Shown here: in pieces, positions 20,118 to 29,553 of the stretch
Numbering within the stretch: position 1 is the stretch's first letter
How the letters are laid out: each line of letters starts with the position of its first letter
Assembly: GCA_965261595.1 (NCBI GenBank)
Contig: CBDHDG010000004.1
Span: forward strand, 608,001-672,000
Length of the DNA stretch: 64,000 nucleotides
Reading direction: 5' to 3'
DNA from: a bacterium
GTDB taxonomy: Bacteria; UBA8248; JACPRG01; G963555815
Position numbers and translations under genes: made by a program
Notes under the pieces: generated by a model
The model's input: only the letters and a program-made list of their open reading frames with translations
Databases searched by the model: none
What the model was told of the DNA's origin: nothing

Positions 20118-20327
20118 GGTCGCTCCTTGCCTTTGTTCTATGGTGATTCGGTATGCAATTCCGTAATCAAATAGAACACACGCTGCATCAAATCGGTGCG
20201 TATTTGAGCACAAGCGTGGCGGGAATGCAAGGGGCAAGAGACGGGACAATGAAAAATAAATTCAATGTTTACAGCATCTTATCTCAGCACAGCGTTCTCA
20301 GTCGCACCATTGGCGAGGTGAGATATT

Positions 20328-21229
20328 TTAACCACGTTTTGCATCTTGTGAAACCAGCACCGCTGATGGGGCGTGAAGGGGTAGACCACCTCCAGCGCCG
20401 CCAACAGCCCCGGGTTGCCGTCGGTGATGATGAGGCGAAGGGAGTGACCCAAAAGCCCCCGGTGGTAGAGGTCGTCGAGGAACTTCGTCCACGTGGCCTC
20501 GCTCTCCGAGTCGGCCAGACGGAAGTCGATGATCTCCCGCCGGCCCGCGAGTGTGACGCCCATCGCGCACAAAAGGACCTTGCGCCGGCTTCTCGACGCC
20601 CCGCGCACCTTGAAAGCCAGGCCATCCAGGAACACACAACGGTAGTGGTCGCTCAAAGGGCGGTCGTGGAACGCCGCAACGTCTCGGCTGAGCGCCGTGC
20701 ACACCCGCGAGACGGTGGAGGCGCTCACCGCTTCACCCAACAACCCCTTCACGCACGCCCCCACCCGGCGGGTGGACACCCCGGCCAGGAAGCAATCGCG
20801 AAGCGTGCGGTCCACCACCGCCCGGCGGCGCCGGTAGCGCGAACGCCCGGCTCTGAAAGCCGCCGCCGCGAACCCGGGGCACACGCAGGGCGCGGATCAG
20901 CCCCCCCTCGGTCCCCAGGTCCCGGACGTAGTGGCCGTTGGCCCAGTCGCGCCGCTTGGGCGTGCGCTCCCGGAACCCGGCCGCCAGGTAGACGGCCCGC
21001 TCCTCGGCCATCAGGCCCTCCAAAAACCCTTTCAGGCTCGCCTCGATGGGCAACTCCACCTCCCACGTCTCATTCAGCTCTTGAAATGCCCGGCCCAAAT
21101 CCTTATCCCCAAAAAGCAACTTCGGTTGCATTGGGTGTGCTCCTCCAAAATGGGTTTCTTGCTCCCAGGAAGAGTACACCCTCTCTTTTTGCCCGAAAAC
21201 ACTTTCTACACACAAAACGGTACATCACC
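20328..21229 (-). mobile_element. Partial, frameshifted IS256-family element
   Basis: End GGTGATGTACCGTTTTGTGTGTAGA; ANGHY..LRVPR, GVSTRRV, FLDG, ITDG, QRCWFHK; frameshift near 20838; truncated. Confidence 0.85.
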
Positions 21230-21244
21230 GATTCAAACTCACTA

Positions 21245-21273
21245 TTGACACTCCCCCACGGTTACACTACCTT
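21245..21273 (+). promoter_or_regulatory. Probable sigma70 promoter for the tRNA pair
   Basis: TTGACA-17 bp-TACCTT. Confidence 0.5.
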
Positions 21274-21354
21274 GAAAGGGAGGATTCGGAACGAACGTAG
21301 GGATGAGCGTAGGGGGGATTTTCCGTCCCTCATAACCCATTGATTCTAAATGAA

Positions 21355-21429
21355 GCGGGAATAGCTCAGAGGTAGAGCATCGCCTTGCCAAGGCGAGGGT
21401 CGCGGGTTCAAATCCCGTTTCCCGCTCCA
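21355..21429 (+). tRNA. tRNA-Gly(GCC)
   Basis: Complete cloverleaf, TCGCC-TTGCCAA-GGCGA anticodon arm, TTCAAAT T-loop, encoded CCA. Confidence 0.97.
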
Positions 21430-21482
21430 GTCATTTTCGATCCTCCGAGATCCGAAATCTCCGGGGATTTGGCGCCCGACCC

Positions 21483-21556
21483 GGCGGCATAGCCAAGCGG
21501 TAAGGCAGAGGCCTGCAAAGCCTTGATCCCCGGTTCGAATCCGGGTGCCGCCTCCA
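21483..21556 (+). tRNA. tRNA-Cys(GCA)
   Basis: Complete cloverleaf, CTGCAAA anticodon loop, TTCGAAT T-loop, encoded CCA. Confidence 0.97.
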
Positions 21557-21565
21557 GAGTCCAGC

Positions 21566-21604
21566 AAGGCCGGGGAATGGATAGGCTTCTCCGGCTTTCT
21601 TTTT
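21566..21604 (+). terminator. Probable intrinsic terminator
   Basis: AAGGCCGGGGAA...TTCTCCGGCTTT stem followed by T-run. Confidence 0.55.
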
Positions 21605-21635
21605 GCCCGAGAATTTTCCGGAGCGTCGAACGCCC

Positions 21636-22601
21636 ATGGCCCTCTACATGACCGAAGCCGACGTCGAAAAGCTCCTCGATATGCCCACGGCCGTCCGGGC
21701 GGTCGAGGAGGCGTTTCGCCTCCTCGGGGAGGAAAAGGCCGGAAATCAGCCCCGCCGGCGGGTCATGGCGGGAGAATCCGTCCTGCATTTCATGGCGGGG
21801 GGAGCGGCGGACCTGGGCGCTGTCGGAAAGGGGGCGACGGCCGTCAAGGTCTACACCACCTCGAAGCTCGGCCCCCGGTTCACGGTCCTGCTCTATGACA
21901 ACGACGGCGCGCCGCTGGCCGTGATCCAGGCCGGACGTCTGGGGCAAATTCGCACGGGCGCCGCGAGCGGCGTCGCCACCCGGCGCCTGGCCCGGAAGGA
22001 TTCCCGGCGCGTCGCCATCATCGGGACGGGATGGCAGGCGCGCGGCCAGCTCCTCGCCATCCGGGAGGTCCGGCCCATCGAGCGGGTCCGGGCCGTCGGG
22101 CGGGACGAAGAGCGCTGCCGCGCGTTCTGCGCGGAGATGGAAACCGCCCTCGGGATTCCCGTCGAGCCGGCGTCCTCCCCGGAGGACTGCGTGAAAGGCT
22201 CCGACATCGTCATCACGGCCACCAAGTCGAAAGACCCCGTCCTTTTGGGCGATTGGCTGCGCCCCGGCATGCACATCAACGCCGTCGGCTCCAACTGGAA
22301 CAACCGGCGGGAGATGGACACGCCTGCGGTCCTCGCCTGCCACCGAATCACGGTGGACACGATCGAGGTCGCCCGGCTCGAGGCGGGCGACCTGATCCTG
22401 CCCATCGAGGAGGGCGCGCTTTCCTGGGACCGGGTCGAGGAGCTGGGAGCGGTGGTCTCCGGCAAGCGCCCCGGCCGCGAATCGGACGACCAAATCACCC
22501 TCTTCTGCTCGCAGGGGCTCGCGCTGGAAGACGTCGTCGTCGGAAGGTGCGTTCACGAGGCGGCCGTCCGAGAGGGGGTCGGCGTCCCCTTCGAGCCTTG
22601 A
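21636..22601 (+). CDS. Ornithine cyclodeaminase / mu-crystallin family protein
   Basis: GQIRTGAASG, IIGTGWQA, HINAVGS, SQGLALED. Confidence 0.92.
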   Translation: MALYMTEADVEKLLDMPTAVRAVEEAFRLLGEEKAGNQPRRRVMAGESVLHFMAGGAADLGAVGKGATAVKVYTTSKLGPRFTVLLYDNDGAPLAVIQAGRLGQIRTGAASGVATRRLARKDSRRVAIIGTGWQARGQLLAIREVRPIERVRAVGRDEERCRAFCAEMETALGIPVEPASSPEDCVKGSDIVITATKSKDPVLLGDWLRPGMHINAVGSNWNNRREMDTPAVLACHRITVDTIEVARLEAGDLILPIEEGALSWDRVEELGAVVSGKRPGRESDDQITLFCSQGLALEDVVVGRCVHEAAVREGVGVPFEP

Positions 22602-22623
22602 GGCCGATCCAGGCCCGGCCGTT

Positions 22624-23352
22624 TTGAAACCGGAGAACATGCACGTCATCCTCTTCGACATCGACGGGACCTTGATCCAGTCCGGCGGCGCGGGCCGGCT
22701 GGCGCTCGCCCGGGCGTTTGAAAAGGCCAACGACTGGAAAAACGCCCTGGACGGGATCACCCTGCATGGAAAGACGGACCCCGCCATCGTCGAGTGGGTC
22801 TATCTCCAGCGGCGAAATTCCCCCCCCACATCCGCCGAAACCGCCCGGATTTACGGTCTCTACCTCGGGGAGCTGGCCGACACCCTGGCGAAGGCCGAGG
22901 GTTTTCGGGTCCTGCCGGGGGTGGGGCGTCTTCTGGCCCGGCTCTCCGTGCGCGAAGACGCGATGACGGGCCTGGCCACCGGAAACATCGAGCGCGGGGC
23001 GCGCGAGAAGCTGCGGCGCGCCCGTCTGAACCACCGATTCGCCTTCGGCGGGTTCGGCTCGGACGCCAAGGAGCGCTCCGACATCATCCGGGCCGGCGTC
23101 GGGCGCGCGAGGGAGCGACTGCCGGGCGGGGTCGAGCCGTTGCTCTGGGTCGTCGGCGACACGCCCGCCGATGTCCAGGCCGGAAAAACGGCGGGCGTCC
23201 GAACGGTCGCGGTGTCCACCGGCGGGGCCAACGCGGAAACGCTTCGGGAAACCCGGCCCGATGTCCTCCTCGCCGATCTCGGCGACGCCGAAGCCTTCCT
23301 CTCGATGCTCGACTCGGCCGCGGAGCGCACGAGCCCGGCGGGGGCCTCCTGA
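22624..23352 (+). CDS. HAD-family hydrolase (phosphoglycolate phosphatase-like)
   Basis: LFDIDGTL, LATGN, VGDTPADV. Confidence 0.9.
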   Translation: MKPENMHVILFDIDGTLIQSGGAGRLALARAFEKANDWKNALDGITLHGKTDPAIVEWVYLQRRNSPPTSAETARIYGLYLGELADTLAKAEGFRVLPGVGRLLARLSVREDAMTGLATGNIERGAREKLRRARLNHRFAFGGFGSDAKERSDIIRAGVGRARERLPGGVEPLLWVVGDTPADVQAGKTAGVRTVAVSTGGANAETLRETRPDVLLADLGDAEAFLSMLDSAAERTSPAGAS

Positions 23353-23407
23353 GAACGCCGCCCCCCCCCGCTCCCATCGACGGAACCTGCCTGAGAGGGT
23401 ATCTCCC

Positions 23408-24655
23408 ATGACCGCGAGCCTGCGAATCAACGCCAAACGAATCCGTAAAGACCTGGAAGACCTCGCCAAGATCGGCAAAACGCCCGACGGAGGCGTTCAC
23501 CGGCCGGTCTTTTCCCCCGATGAGCTCCGCGCGAGGAAGTGGCTCATCGCCCGGCTGAAGGCCGCCGGCCTCAAAACCCGGGTGGACGGGGCGGGCAACA
23601 TCTTCGGACGCCTGGAAGTCCCTGGAAAATCAGCGGCCGCCGTCCTCGCTGGCTCCCATATCGACACAGTTCCCAACGGGGGGCGGTTCGACGGCGCGCT
23701 GGGGGTCCTGTCCGTCCTCGAAGCCCTGCGGACGATTCAAGAGTCCGGGGCCGCGATTCGTCACCCGGTGGAAGTCGTCGCCTTCACCGACGAGGAGGGC
23801 CGGTTCGGCGGGCTCCTCGGGAGCAAGGCCTTCACCGGCGACCTGACGAAACAAGAGATCGAAGCGGCCCGGGATCCGCGAGGCGTCCGTCTCGCCGACG
23901 CCATGAAGAAGGCCGGCTTCCCGCCCGCCGCCGCGCTGAAAGCCCGCGCGAAACCCTCCGCGTACGGCGGGTACGTCGAGCTTCACGTCGAGCAGGGTCT
24001 CGTTCTCGAAGAATCGGGGGCCGAGGTCGGCATCGTGACGGGAATCGTCGGACTGTGGAAATTCGAGATCGCCTTCCACGGCCGCCCGGACCACGCCGGG
24101 ACCACACCCTTCCCTCTTCGCAAAGACGCCTATCTGGGGGCCGCCGAATTCGGCGCGGGCCTGCGGAAGCTCGTGCGCAAGCACGGCTCGCCCATCACCG
24201 TCGCGACCGTGGGTTACATCGAGCTTTCCCCCGGGGCCTCGAACATCGTCCCCGAAACGGCCCGGTTCACCGTGGACCTGCGCGACCTGTCGATGCCGGT
24301 CCTCGGCCGGATGCGCAAGGCGATCCGCGAAAACCTCCGGGAGATCGCCCGCAAACACGGCCTGAAGGTCACGATGGAGCAGACCTTGGAGGCCAAATCC
24401 GTCAAGATGTCGGCGAAAGTCCGCGGGGCCCTGCAACGGGCCTCGGAGCGGGTGGGCGCCCGGTGGCGGGACATGCACAGCGGCGCGGGCCACGACGCCC
24501 AGATCCTGGGCAAGTTCACGCCGGCCGGGCTCTACTTCATCCCCAGCGTCGGCGGCCGAAGCCACTGCCCCGACGAGCTTTCCCGGTGGAAAGACATCGA
24601 GACGGGGACGAACGTCATGCTGCATACGCTGTTGGAGCTGGCGGGGGCTCGATAA
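23408..24655 (+). CDS. M20 Zn-dependent N-carbamoyl-amino acid amidohydrolase
   Basis: GSHIDTVPNGGRFDG, DEEG, ELHVEQG, HAGTTP, SGAGHDA. Confidence 0.93.
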   Translation: MTASLRINAKRIRKDLEDLAKIGKTPDGGVHRPVFSPDELRARKWLIARLKAAGLKTRVDGAGNIFGRLEVPGKSAAAVLAGSHIDTVPNGGRFDGALGVLSVLEALRTIQESGAAIRHPVEVVAFTDEEGRFGGLLGSKAFTGDLTKQEIEAARDPRGVRLADAMKKAGFPPAAALKARAKPSAYGGYVELHVEQGLVLEESGAEVGIVTGIVGLWKFEIAFHGRPDHAGTTPFPLRKDAYLGAAEFGAGLRKLVRKHGSPITVATVGYIELSPGASNIVPETARFTVDLRDLSMPVLGRMRKAIRENLREIARKHGLKVTMEQTLEAKSVKMSAKVRGALQRASERVGARWRDMHSGAGHDAQILGKFTPAGLYFIPSVGGRSHCPDELSRWKDIETGTNVMLHTLLELAGAR

Positions 24656-24820
24656 GATTTGGTCGGTCTCGCAATCGTTACCTTATCTTACCTTATCGTT
24701 AGCTGATGAGATAAACTACTAATTTGCAAACACTAGAGAGTTGTCGAAGCGCGCGAAATTCGCCCTCTTTTCCGTGTAAAATAGGTACGTAATGGTGAGA
24801 GCCGAACATCTTCTTCTTCC

Positions 24821-26032
24821 TTAAGACAATTGCAAATCAGGGAAATGTATTCGCACCTGGTTATGGCCGATCAGTTGGTTGAACATTCTATAGTTGTCGG
24901 TATCCCTACGTAAGCGTCCTGCCACGATTGCGGGATGTATCCTGAGCTCATGTGCCAGCTCAACGATTTTACTTGGTGTACGCATTCGAAATGCGTCGCT
25001 TCGTCTCCACATTGATCTTGGGATGCAGGTTTCAAGGGCGAGTCTGGTGGCTTCTTTCTCTCTTCGGTCATTCTCTTGGACTGAATCCAGGTCATCGACA
25101 AACGACTCTTCTGAGTCTTTCAAATGCAGGATCACGTGCGCCAATTCATGCAACAAGGTGAACCAGAAATTATCGATTCGGTCATACCGGAGAGTGAGAC
25201 CGATAACCGGCCTGCCTTCACCCGTAAGCATTGCGCCGCCATCAAGATGGGTCCTTGGCAAATGCGACACAATGACTAAGGCTACGCCTTTTCCCGCGAG
25301 ATACTCCTGCGCGAGCAAGGGGCCCCTCGCCAATTCGCTCAAACAACAAATATCCTGCATGGACTCCTTTGTGAGCGTTCCCGGTTTATATTCTTGAAGA
25401 TGTTCCAGGTTCTTCGATACCATGATCACACGGGCTATCCATGCGAGAAGGGCATAATCATCCATACCGACCTTTGAACTCTTATAAATCGTACGGCGAC
25501 AAAATACTTGAGCGGGGATTCCCCTTTCCACTTTGTCGAAAAATTGTTGAACCAGCTCGGATGGGCGCTTGCGAAGACAATCGGCAGTCGCTGTTATCCA
25601 CCCCATTTTCACCATTTCACGAACCGGGAATCGTTCCCACTCGATTTCTAAACCGTTTAGAGGAGTCGATTTCGGTCTTTGCATCAAGACCTCCAGCGAA
25701 ATTCCCAATCCTTCATGGACGGCTTGAATCATCGGCAACGATAGAGGCCGTTTCCCGGAAAGGACCTCTGACACCCTGCCCTTACTCCCAATGTAGGGAA
25801 CAAGATCCTTCTGTCTCAATCCCTGCTCCTCCATCCGAAATCGAATGGCGTCAATGGCATTGGGTTTCTCAAAAGGGATGTGCTCCTTTTCGTAGAGTTC
25901 GACAAGCGTCGCCAAAAGCTCCAAGCGGTCCGCCTCCGGGGTCATTGCATCCGGATCATGGGCAACCAGGCGTTCCACTTCCCCCAGGAACATTTCATAG
26001 TCTTCTCTTGTCTTGATTACTCGGGGTTCCAT
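24821..26032 (-). CDS. higA: HigA-like HTH antitoxin fused to an ImmA/IrrE metallopeptidase domain
   Basis: FRMEEQGLRQKDL..VSEVLSGKRPLS HTH; RIDNFWFTLLHELAH HExxH. Confidence 0.88.
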   Translation of the reverse strand: MEPRVIKTREDYEMFLGEVERLVAHDPDAMTPEADRLELLATLVELYEKEHIPFEKPNAIDAIRFRMEEQGLRQKDLVPYIGSKGRVSEVLSGKRPLSLPMIQAVHEGLGISLEVLMQRPKSTPLNGLEIEWERFPVREMVKMGWITATADCLRKRPSELVQQFFDKVERGIPAQVFCRRTIYKSSKVGMDDYALLAWIARVIMVSKNLEHLQEYKPGTLTKESMQDICCLSELARGPLLAQEYLAGKGVALVIVSHLPRTHLDGGAMLTGEGRPVIGLTLRYDRIDNFWFTLLHELAHVILHLKDSEESFVDDLDSVQENDRREKEATRLALETCIPRSMWRRSDAFRMRTPSKIVELAHELRIHPAIVAGRLRRDTDNYRMFNQLIGHNQVRIHFPDLQLS

Positions 26033-26045
26033 GTCACCCTCCTTC

Positions 26046-26327
26046 TCAAGACCACTTTTGGTGCTCCGCATGTGTTCCAACCCGTTTCACGAAGACAATC
26101 CCCGTTTTGAATGCGACTTGAATCTCCAAGCGATATCGATTGCCTTTCACGTTGAAAATGACGAAGTTATTGGCCAGGAAACTTGCGGCTCTATAGCGAT
26201 CCTTGATGTCCTGATCCCGTTTCCAGTCAGCGGCCTCCACATCGGCAATCCAATTCTCTATCCACGACCTCGCGTCTGCATGTTTCCTTGCAAAAGTGTC
26301 AAGCTTTTCCCGTCCGACGAGTCGCAT
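26046..26327 (-). CDS. higB: HigB family toxin (mRNA interferase)
   Basis: VIFNVKGNRYRL, VGTHAEH; upstream of the antitoxin. Confidence 0.9.
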   Translation of the reverse strand: MRLVGREKLDTFARKHADARSWIENWIADVEAADWKRDQDIKDRYRAASFLANNFVIFNVKGNRYRLEIQVAFKTGIVFVKRVGTHAEHQKWS

Positions 26328-26334
26328 GAGGTCA

Positions 26335-26363
26335 AATATAGATGGTTCCCAGAAAGATGTCAA
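26335..26363 (-). promoter_or_regulatory. sigma70 promoter of higBA, probably giving a leaderless mRNA
   Basis: Minus-strand TTGACA-17 bp-TATATT with 7 nt between the -10 box and the ATG; no SD. Confidence 0.6.
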
Positions 26364-26635
26364 TTACATAGTTTCATATATTGGAACTTTTTCCATCTGG
26401 TGCGTCCGCCCCTTCACTTCATTCAAGCCGCTTTCGACCAATTTATTGGTAATGAGAGAGCAATGGCGGTTTATGGGAAGCGGTGTTCTGCTCGTCTGGC
26501 CGGATGGACACAGGCCCTGATCGGGGCTATTCTGGCTCTCGGTCTCGGGCGGCGGCGGCGGCGGCAAAACATTTATGAATGGTGTAACCCCTTTGATTTC
26601 ATTGGTGTTCCTCGCCCCGTTCCGGGTAATTATCC

Positions 26636-26664
26636 TTGACAGGGCGTTCGGTTCGGGCTAAACT
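26636..26664 (+). promoter_or_regulatory. Probable sigma70 promoter of the rplU operon
   Basis: TTGACA-17 bp-TAAACT. Confidence 0.6.
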
Positions 26665-26758
26665 CTCTAGCTTTGAGGGAGGGTGTTGTCGATTTTCGCC
26701 GACTGCAGGCGCGGACCGCTTGTTTTGGTGATTCAGGTCTTTCAAGGAGTCTGTTATC

Positions 26759-27067
26759 GTGTATGCAGTGATTGACTGCGGCGGGCATCAGTATCGCGTT
26801 GCCGAGGGCGAGATTATCCGTTTGCAGAAGATGGATGGAGAGGTGGGGGAGGCGGTGACCTTCTCGAAGCTGGCGGCGGTGGGCGCGGGCGAAGGGCTGG
26901 CCGTCGACGGCCTTGCGGGCGCTCACGTGAACGGGGTCATCGTGGAGCAGGGCCGCGCCCGTAAGATCATCGTCTTCAAGAAAAAGCGGCGGAAAAATTA
27001 CCGCCGGAAAAATGGCCACAGACAATCCTTCACCGCGGTGCGGATCACCGGTATCGCCACTTCCTGA
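26759..27067 (+). CDS. rplU: 50S ribosomal protein L21
   Basis: MYAVI..GGHQYRV, KIIVFKKKRRKNYRRKNGHRQ. Confidence 0.98.
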   Translation: MYAVIDCGGHQYRVAEGEIIRLQKMDGEVGEAVTFSKLAAVGAGEGLAVDGLAGAHVNGVIVEQGRARKIIVFKKKRRKNYRRKNGHRQSFTAVRITGIATS

Positions 27068-27079
27068 GAGGAAACGGAC

Positions 27080-27349
27080 ATGGCGCACAAGAAGGCCGGC
27101 GGCAGCTCCCAAAACGGACGGGACAGCAGGGGAAAGAGCCTCGGCATTAAACGATACGGCGGCCAGATGGTGGGCGCCGGAACGATCATCGTGCGGCAAC
27201 GGGGATCGTCCTATCACGCGGGCGACGGCGTCGGAACGGGCGGCGACTTCACCCTGTATGCCCAGAGAGACGGCCGGGTTGAGTTCCAGACCCGGCGCGG
27301 CGGCCGAAAATTCATCCACGTCATCGAGGTTCCATCGGAATCGAGCTGA
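27080..27349 (+). CDS. rpmA: 50S ribosomal protein L27
   Basis: [23 protein letters not shown]. Confidence 0.99.
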   Translation: MAHKKAGGSSQNGRDSRGKSLGIKRYGGQMVGAGTIIVRQRGSSYHAGDGVGTGGDFTLYAQRDGRVEFQTRRGGRKFIHVIEVPSESS

Positions 27350-27361
27350 CCCCTCCAAAAA

Positions 27362-28366
27362 ATGTTTATTGACTCGGCGCGGATCACCGCACAAGGCGGA
27401 GACGGCGGCCGCGGATGCGTCAGCTTCCGCCGCGAAAAGTACGTCTCTCGCGGCGGTCCGAACGGCGGAGACGGCGGCGACGGCGGCGATGTCGTCCTCA
27501 AAGCGACTTCCTCCACCACCACCCTCCTTGAATTTCGGTACAGAAGCATTGTACTGGCCAAAAGAGGCGGACACGGCCGGGGTAAAGACCAGCACGGCCG
27601 AAGAGGCGAGGACACCCGGTTCGAGGTGCCCGCCGGAACGGTGGTGACCGACGAGGACACGGGCGAGGTCCTGGCCGATTTGGCCGAGGAGGGCCAGGAA
27701 GCCGTCGTCGCGCGCGGAGGCCTCGGGGGAAAGGGAAACGCCCGGTTCAAATCCTCGACCCACCGCTCCCCCCGATTCGCCCAGTCCGGCCTGCCGGGCG
27801 AGTCCAAGCCCCTCCTCCTCGAGTTGCGTCTGCTGGCCGATGTGGGCATCATCGGCGCCCCCAACGCGGGCAAGTCCTCCCTGCTGGCCCGGATCTCCGA
27901 TTCCCGGCCGCGGATCGCCGATTACCCGTTCTCGACCCTCGAACCCGTCCTGGGCGTCGTCCACGTCGGGGATTACGAGTCTTTCGTGGCCGCGGACCTT
28001 CCCGGCCTCATCGAGGGCGCCCATCAAGGCAAAGGGCTCGGCTCGCAATTCCTTCAACACGTCCGCCGCACGCGGGTCCTGCTGCACGTTGTCGAGATGC
28101 ACCCGCCCGAAGGCGCGCCCGCGGACACGTTTCGCAGCGTCTCGGCTGAACTGACACAATATGACGAGTCCATCGCGGACAAACCCGTTCTCGTGGCCGC
28201 CAACAAGATCGACCTCCCCGGCGCCCGCGAGGCCCTGGCGGAATTCATGCGGGCCGCGGGCCTGAGCGAGGTCTATCCCATATCCGCGGCGACGGGTGAA
28301 GGAGTTTCCGCGCTGCTGCAAGCCGTGCGCGGGGTCCTTTCCCGGGAAGAAGCGCCCGTCTCATGA
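27362..28366 (+). CDS. obgE: GTPase Obg
   Basis: GGDGG..SFRREK, GAPNAGKSS, DLPG, NKID. Confidence 0.98.
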   Translation: MFIDSARITAQGGDGGRGCVSFRREKYVSRGGPNGGDGGDGGDVVLKATSSTTTLLEFRYRSIVLAKRGGHGRGKDQHGRRGEDTRFEVPAGTVVTDEDTGEVLADLAEEGQEAVVARGGLGGKGNARFKSSTHRSPRFAQSGLPGESKPLLLELRLLADVGIIGAPNAGKSSLLARISDSRPRIADYPFSTLEPVLGVVHVGDYESFVAADLPGLIEGAHQGKGLGSQFLQHVRRTRVLLHVVEMHPPEGAPADTFRSVSAELTQYDESIADKPVLVAANKIDLPGAREALAEFMRAAGLSEVYPISAATGEGVSALLQAVRGVLSREEAPVS

Positions 28367-29541
28367 AGAAGATGGAAAAAACCCGGAGCCGGCGCACCCC
28401 CGCCGGAGAGCCCTTGCGCAGAGACACGTTGGGGGGCTGCCGCCGCATAGTGGTCAAGGTCGGCAGCAGCGTCCTGGCCGGCCCGCGGCAAAGGGGATTG
28501 AACGCGGCCTCGATCCACTCCCTCGCCCGCCAGATCACCGGGCTTTGCCGGGAAGACCGTCAGGTCGTCCTCGTTTCCTCGGGGGCCGTCAGCGTCGGGA
28601 TCGAGGTCCTGGGCCTCAGAGGCTCCCCGAAGAACATGCCCCTGAAACAGGCGGCCGCGGGCGTCGGCCAGAGCCGGCTGATCCAGGAATACCAGCGGGG
28701 TTTTCAGGAAGAGGGAATCACCGTGGGCCAGATACTCCTGACGCATGACGACGTCCACCACAGAGAGCGCTTCCTCAACGCCCGGAACACGATATTCGCC
28801 ATGCTGGAGCATCACGTCCTGCCCATCGTCAATGAAAACGACACGGTGTCGGTGGAGGAGATCCGTTTCGGCGACAATGACACCCTCTCGGCTTTGATCG
28901 CCACCATGGTGGAAGCCGATCTACTCATCATCCTGACGGATGTCGAGGGGCTGTTCACGTCCAACCCCGCTACAAACCCGGAGGCCAAGCTCCTTCCGGA
29001 CGTGGACCGAATCGACGCCCGGATCGAGTCCATGGCGAAATGGGGAAAAAGCGAATTCGGGGCCGGCGGAATGATCACCAAGCTTCGGGCGGTGAAGACC
29101 GTATCGGAAGTGGGAATTCCTGTCGTGGTCACGGGCGGGCGCCGAGAGGGAGTCCTGCAATCCGTCCTGGCGGGGGAGCGGGTGGGGACGTTTTTCCACG
29201 CGGAACCCGCCCACCTGAGCGGCCGGAAGAGCTGGATCGCTTTCGCGCGGAGAGCGCAGGGAAAGATCATCGTGGACGAGGGCGCCCGCTCCGCCCTGAC
29301 CGAAATGGGGCGAAGCCTGCTTCCTTCCGGGGTGGTGGCGGTGGAAGGAACGTTCCAGTTCGGTGATTTGTCTGTGTGCTGCACCCCCAACGGGCGGGAA
29401 TTCGCCCGGGGTTTGGTCAATTACGGGTCCGCCGAGCTGGACCGGATCAAGGGCCAGAAGACCGGGGCCATTCAATCGATCCTCGGTTTCAAAGAATACG
29501 ACGAGGTCATCCACCGGGACAACCTGGTCCTTCTTCATTGA
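28363..29541 (+). CDS. proB: Glutamate 5-kinase
   Basis: VVKVGSS, VSSGA, NENDTV, FGDNDTL, GGMITK, PUA domain. Confidence 0.97.
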   Translation: MKKMEKTRSRRTPAGEPLRRDTLGGCRRIVVKVGSSVLAGPRQRGLNAASIHSLARQITGLCREDRQVVLVSSGAVSVGIEVLGLRGSPKNMPLKQAAAGVGQSRLIQEYQRGFQEEGITVGQILLTHDDVHHRERFLNARNTIFAMLEHHVLPIVNENDTVSVEEIRFGDNDTLSALIATMVEADLLIILTDVEGLFTSNPATNPEAKLLPDVDRIDARIESMAKWGKSEFGAGGMITKLRAVKTVSEVGIPVVVTGGRREGVLQSVLAGERVGTFFHAEPAHLSGRKSWIAFARRAQGKIIVDEGARSALTEMGRSLLPSGVVAVEGTFQFGDLSVCCTPNGREFARGLVNYGSAELDRIKGQKTGAIQSILGFKEYDEVIHRDNLVLLH

Positions 29542-29553
29542 GGCGATTGCGGT

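Noticed and set aside
21346..22787. Minus-strand ORFs spanning the tRNAs
   Set aside because: Antisense to tRNA-Gly, tRNA-Cys and the cyclodeaminase gene
24678..24697. (TTACCTTATC)2 as a dif or att site
   Set aside because: No XerC/XerD-type match and no partner copy at the other end of the module
26505..26570. ALIGAILALGLGRRRRRQ as a protein-sorting signal
   Set aside because: Lies in an ORF antisense to higB; the Arg run comes from a (CGG)n tract
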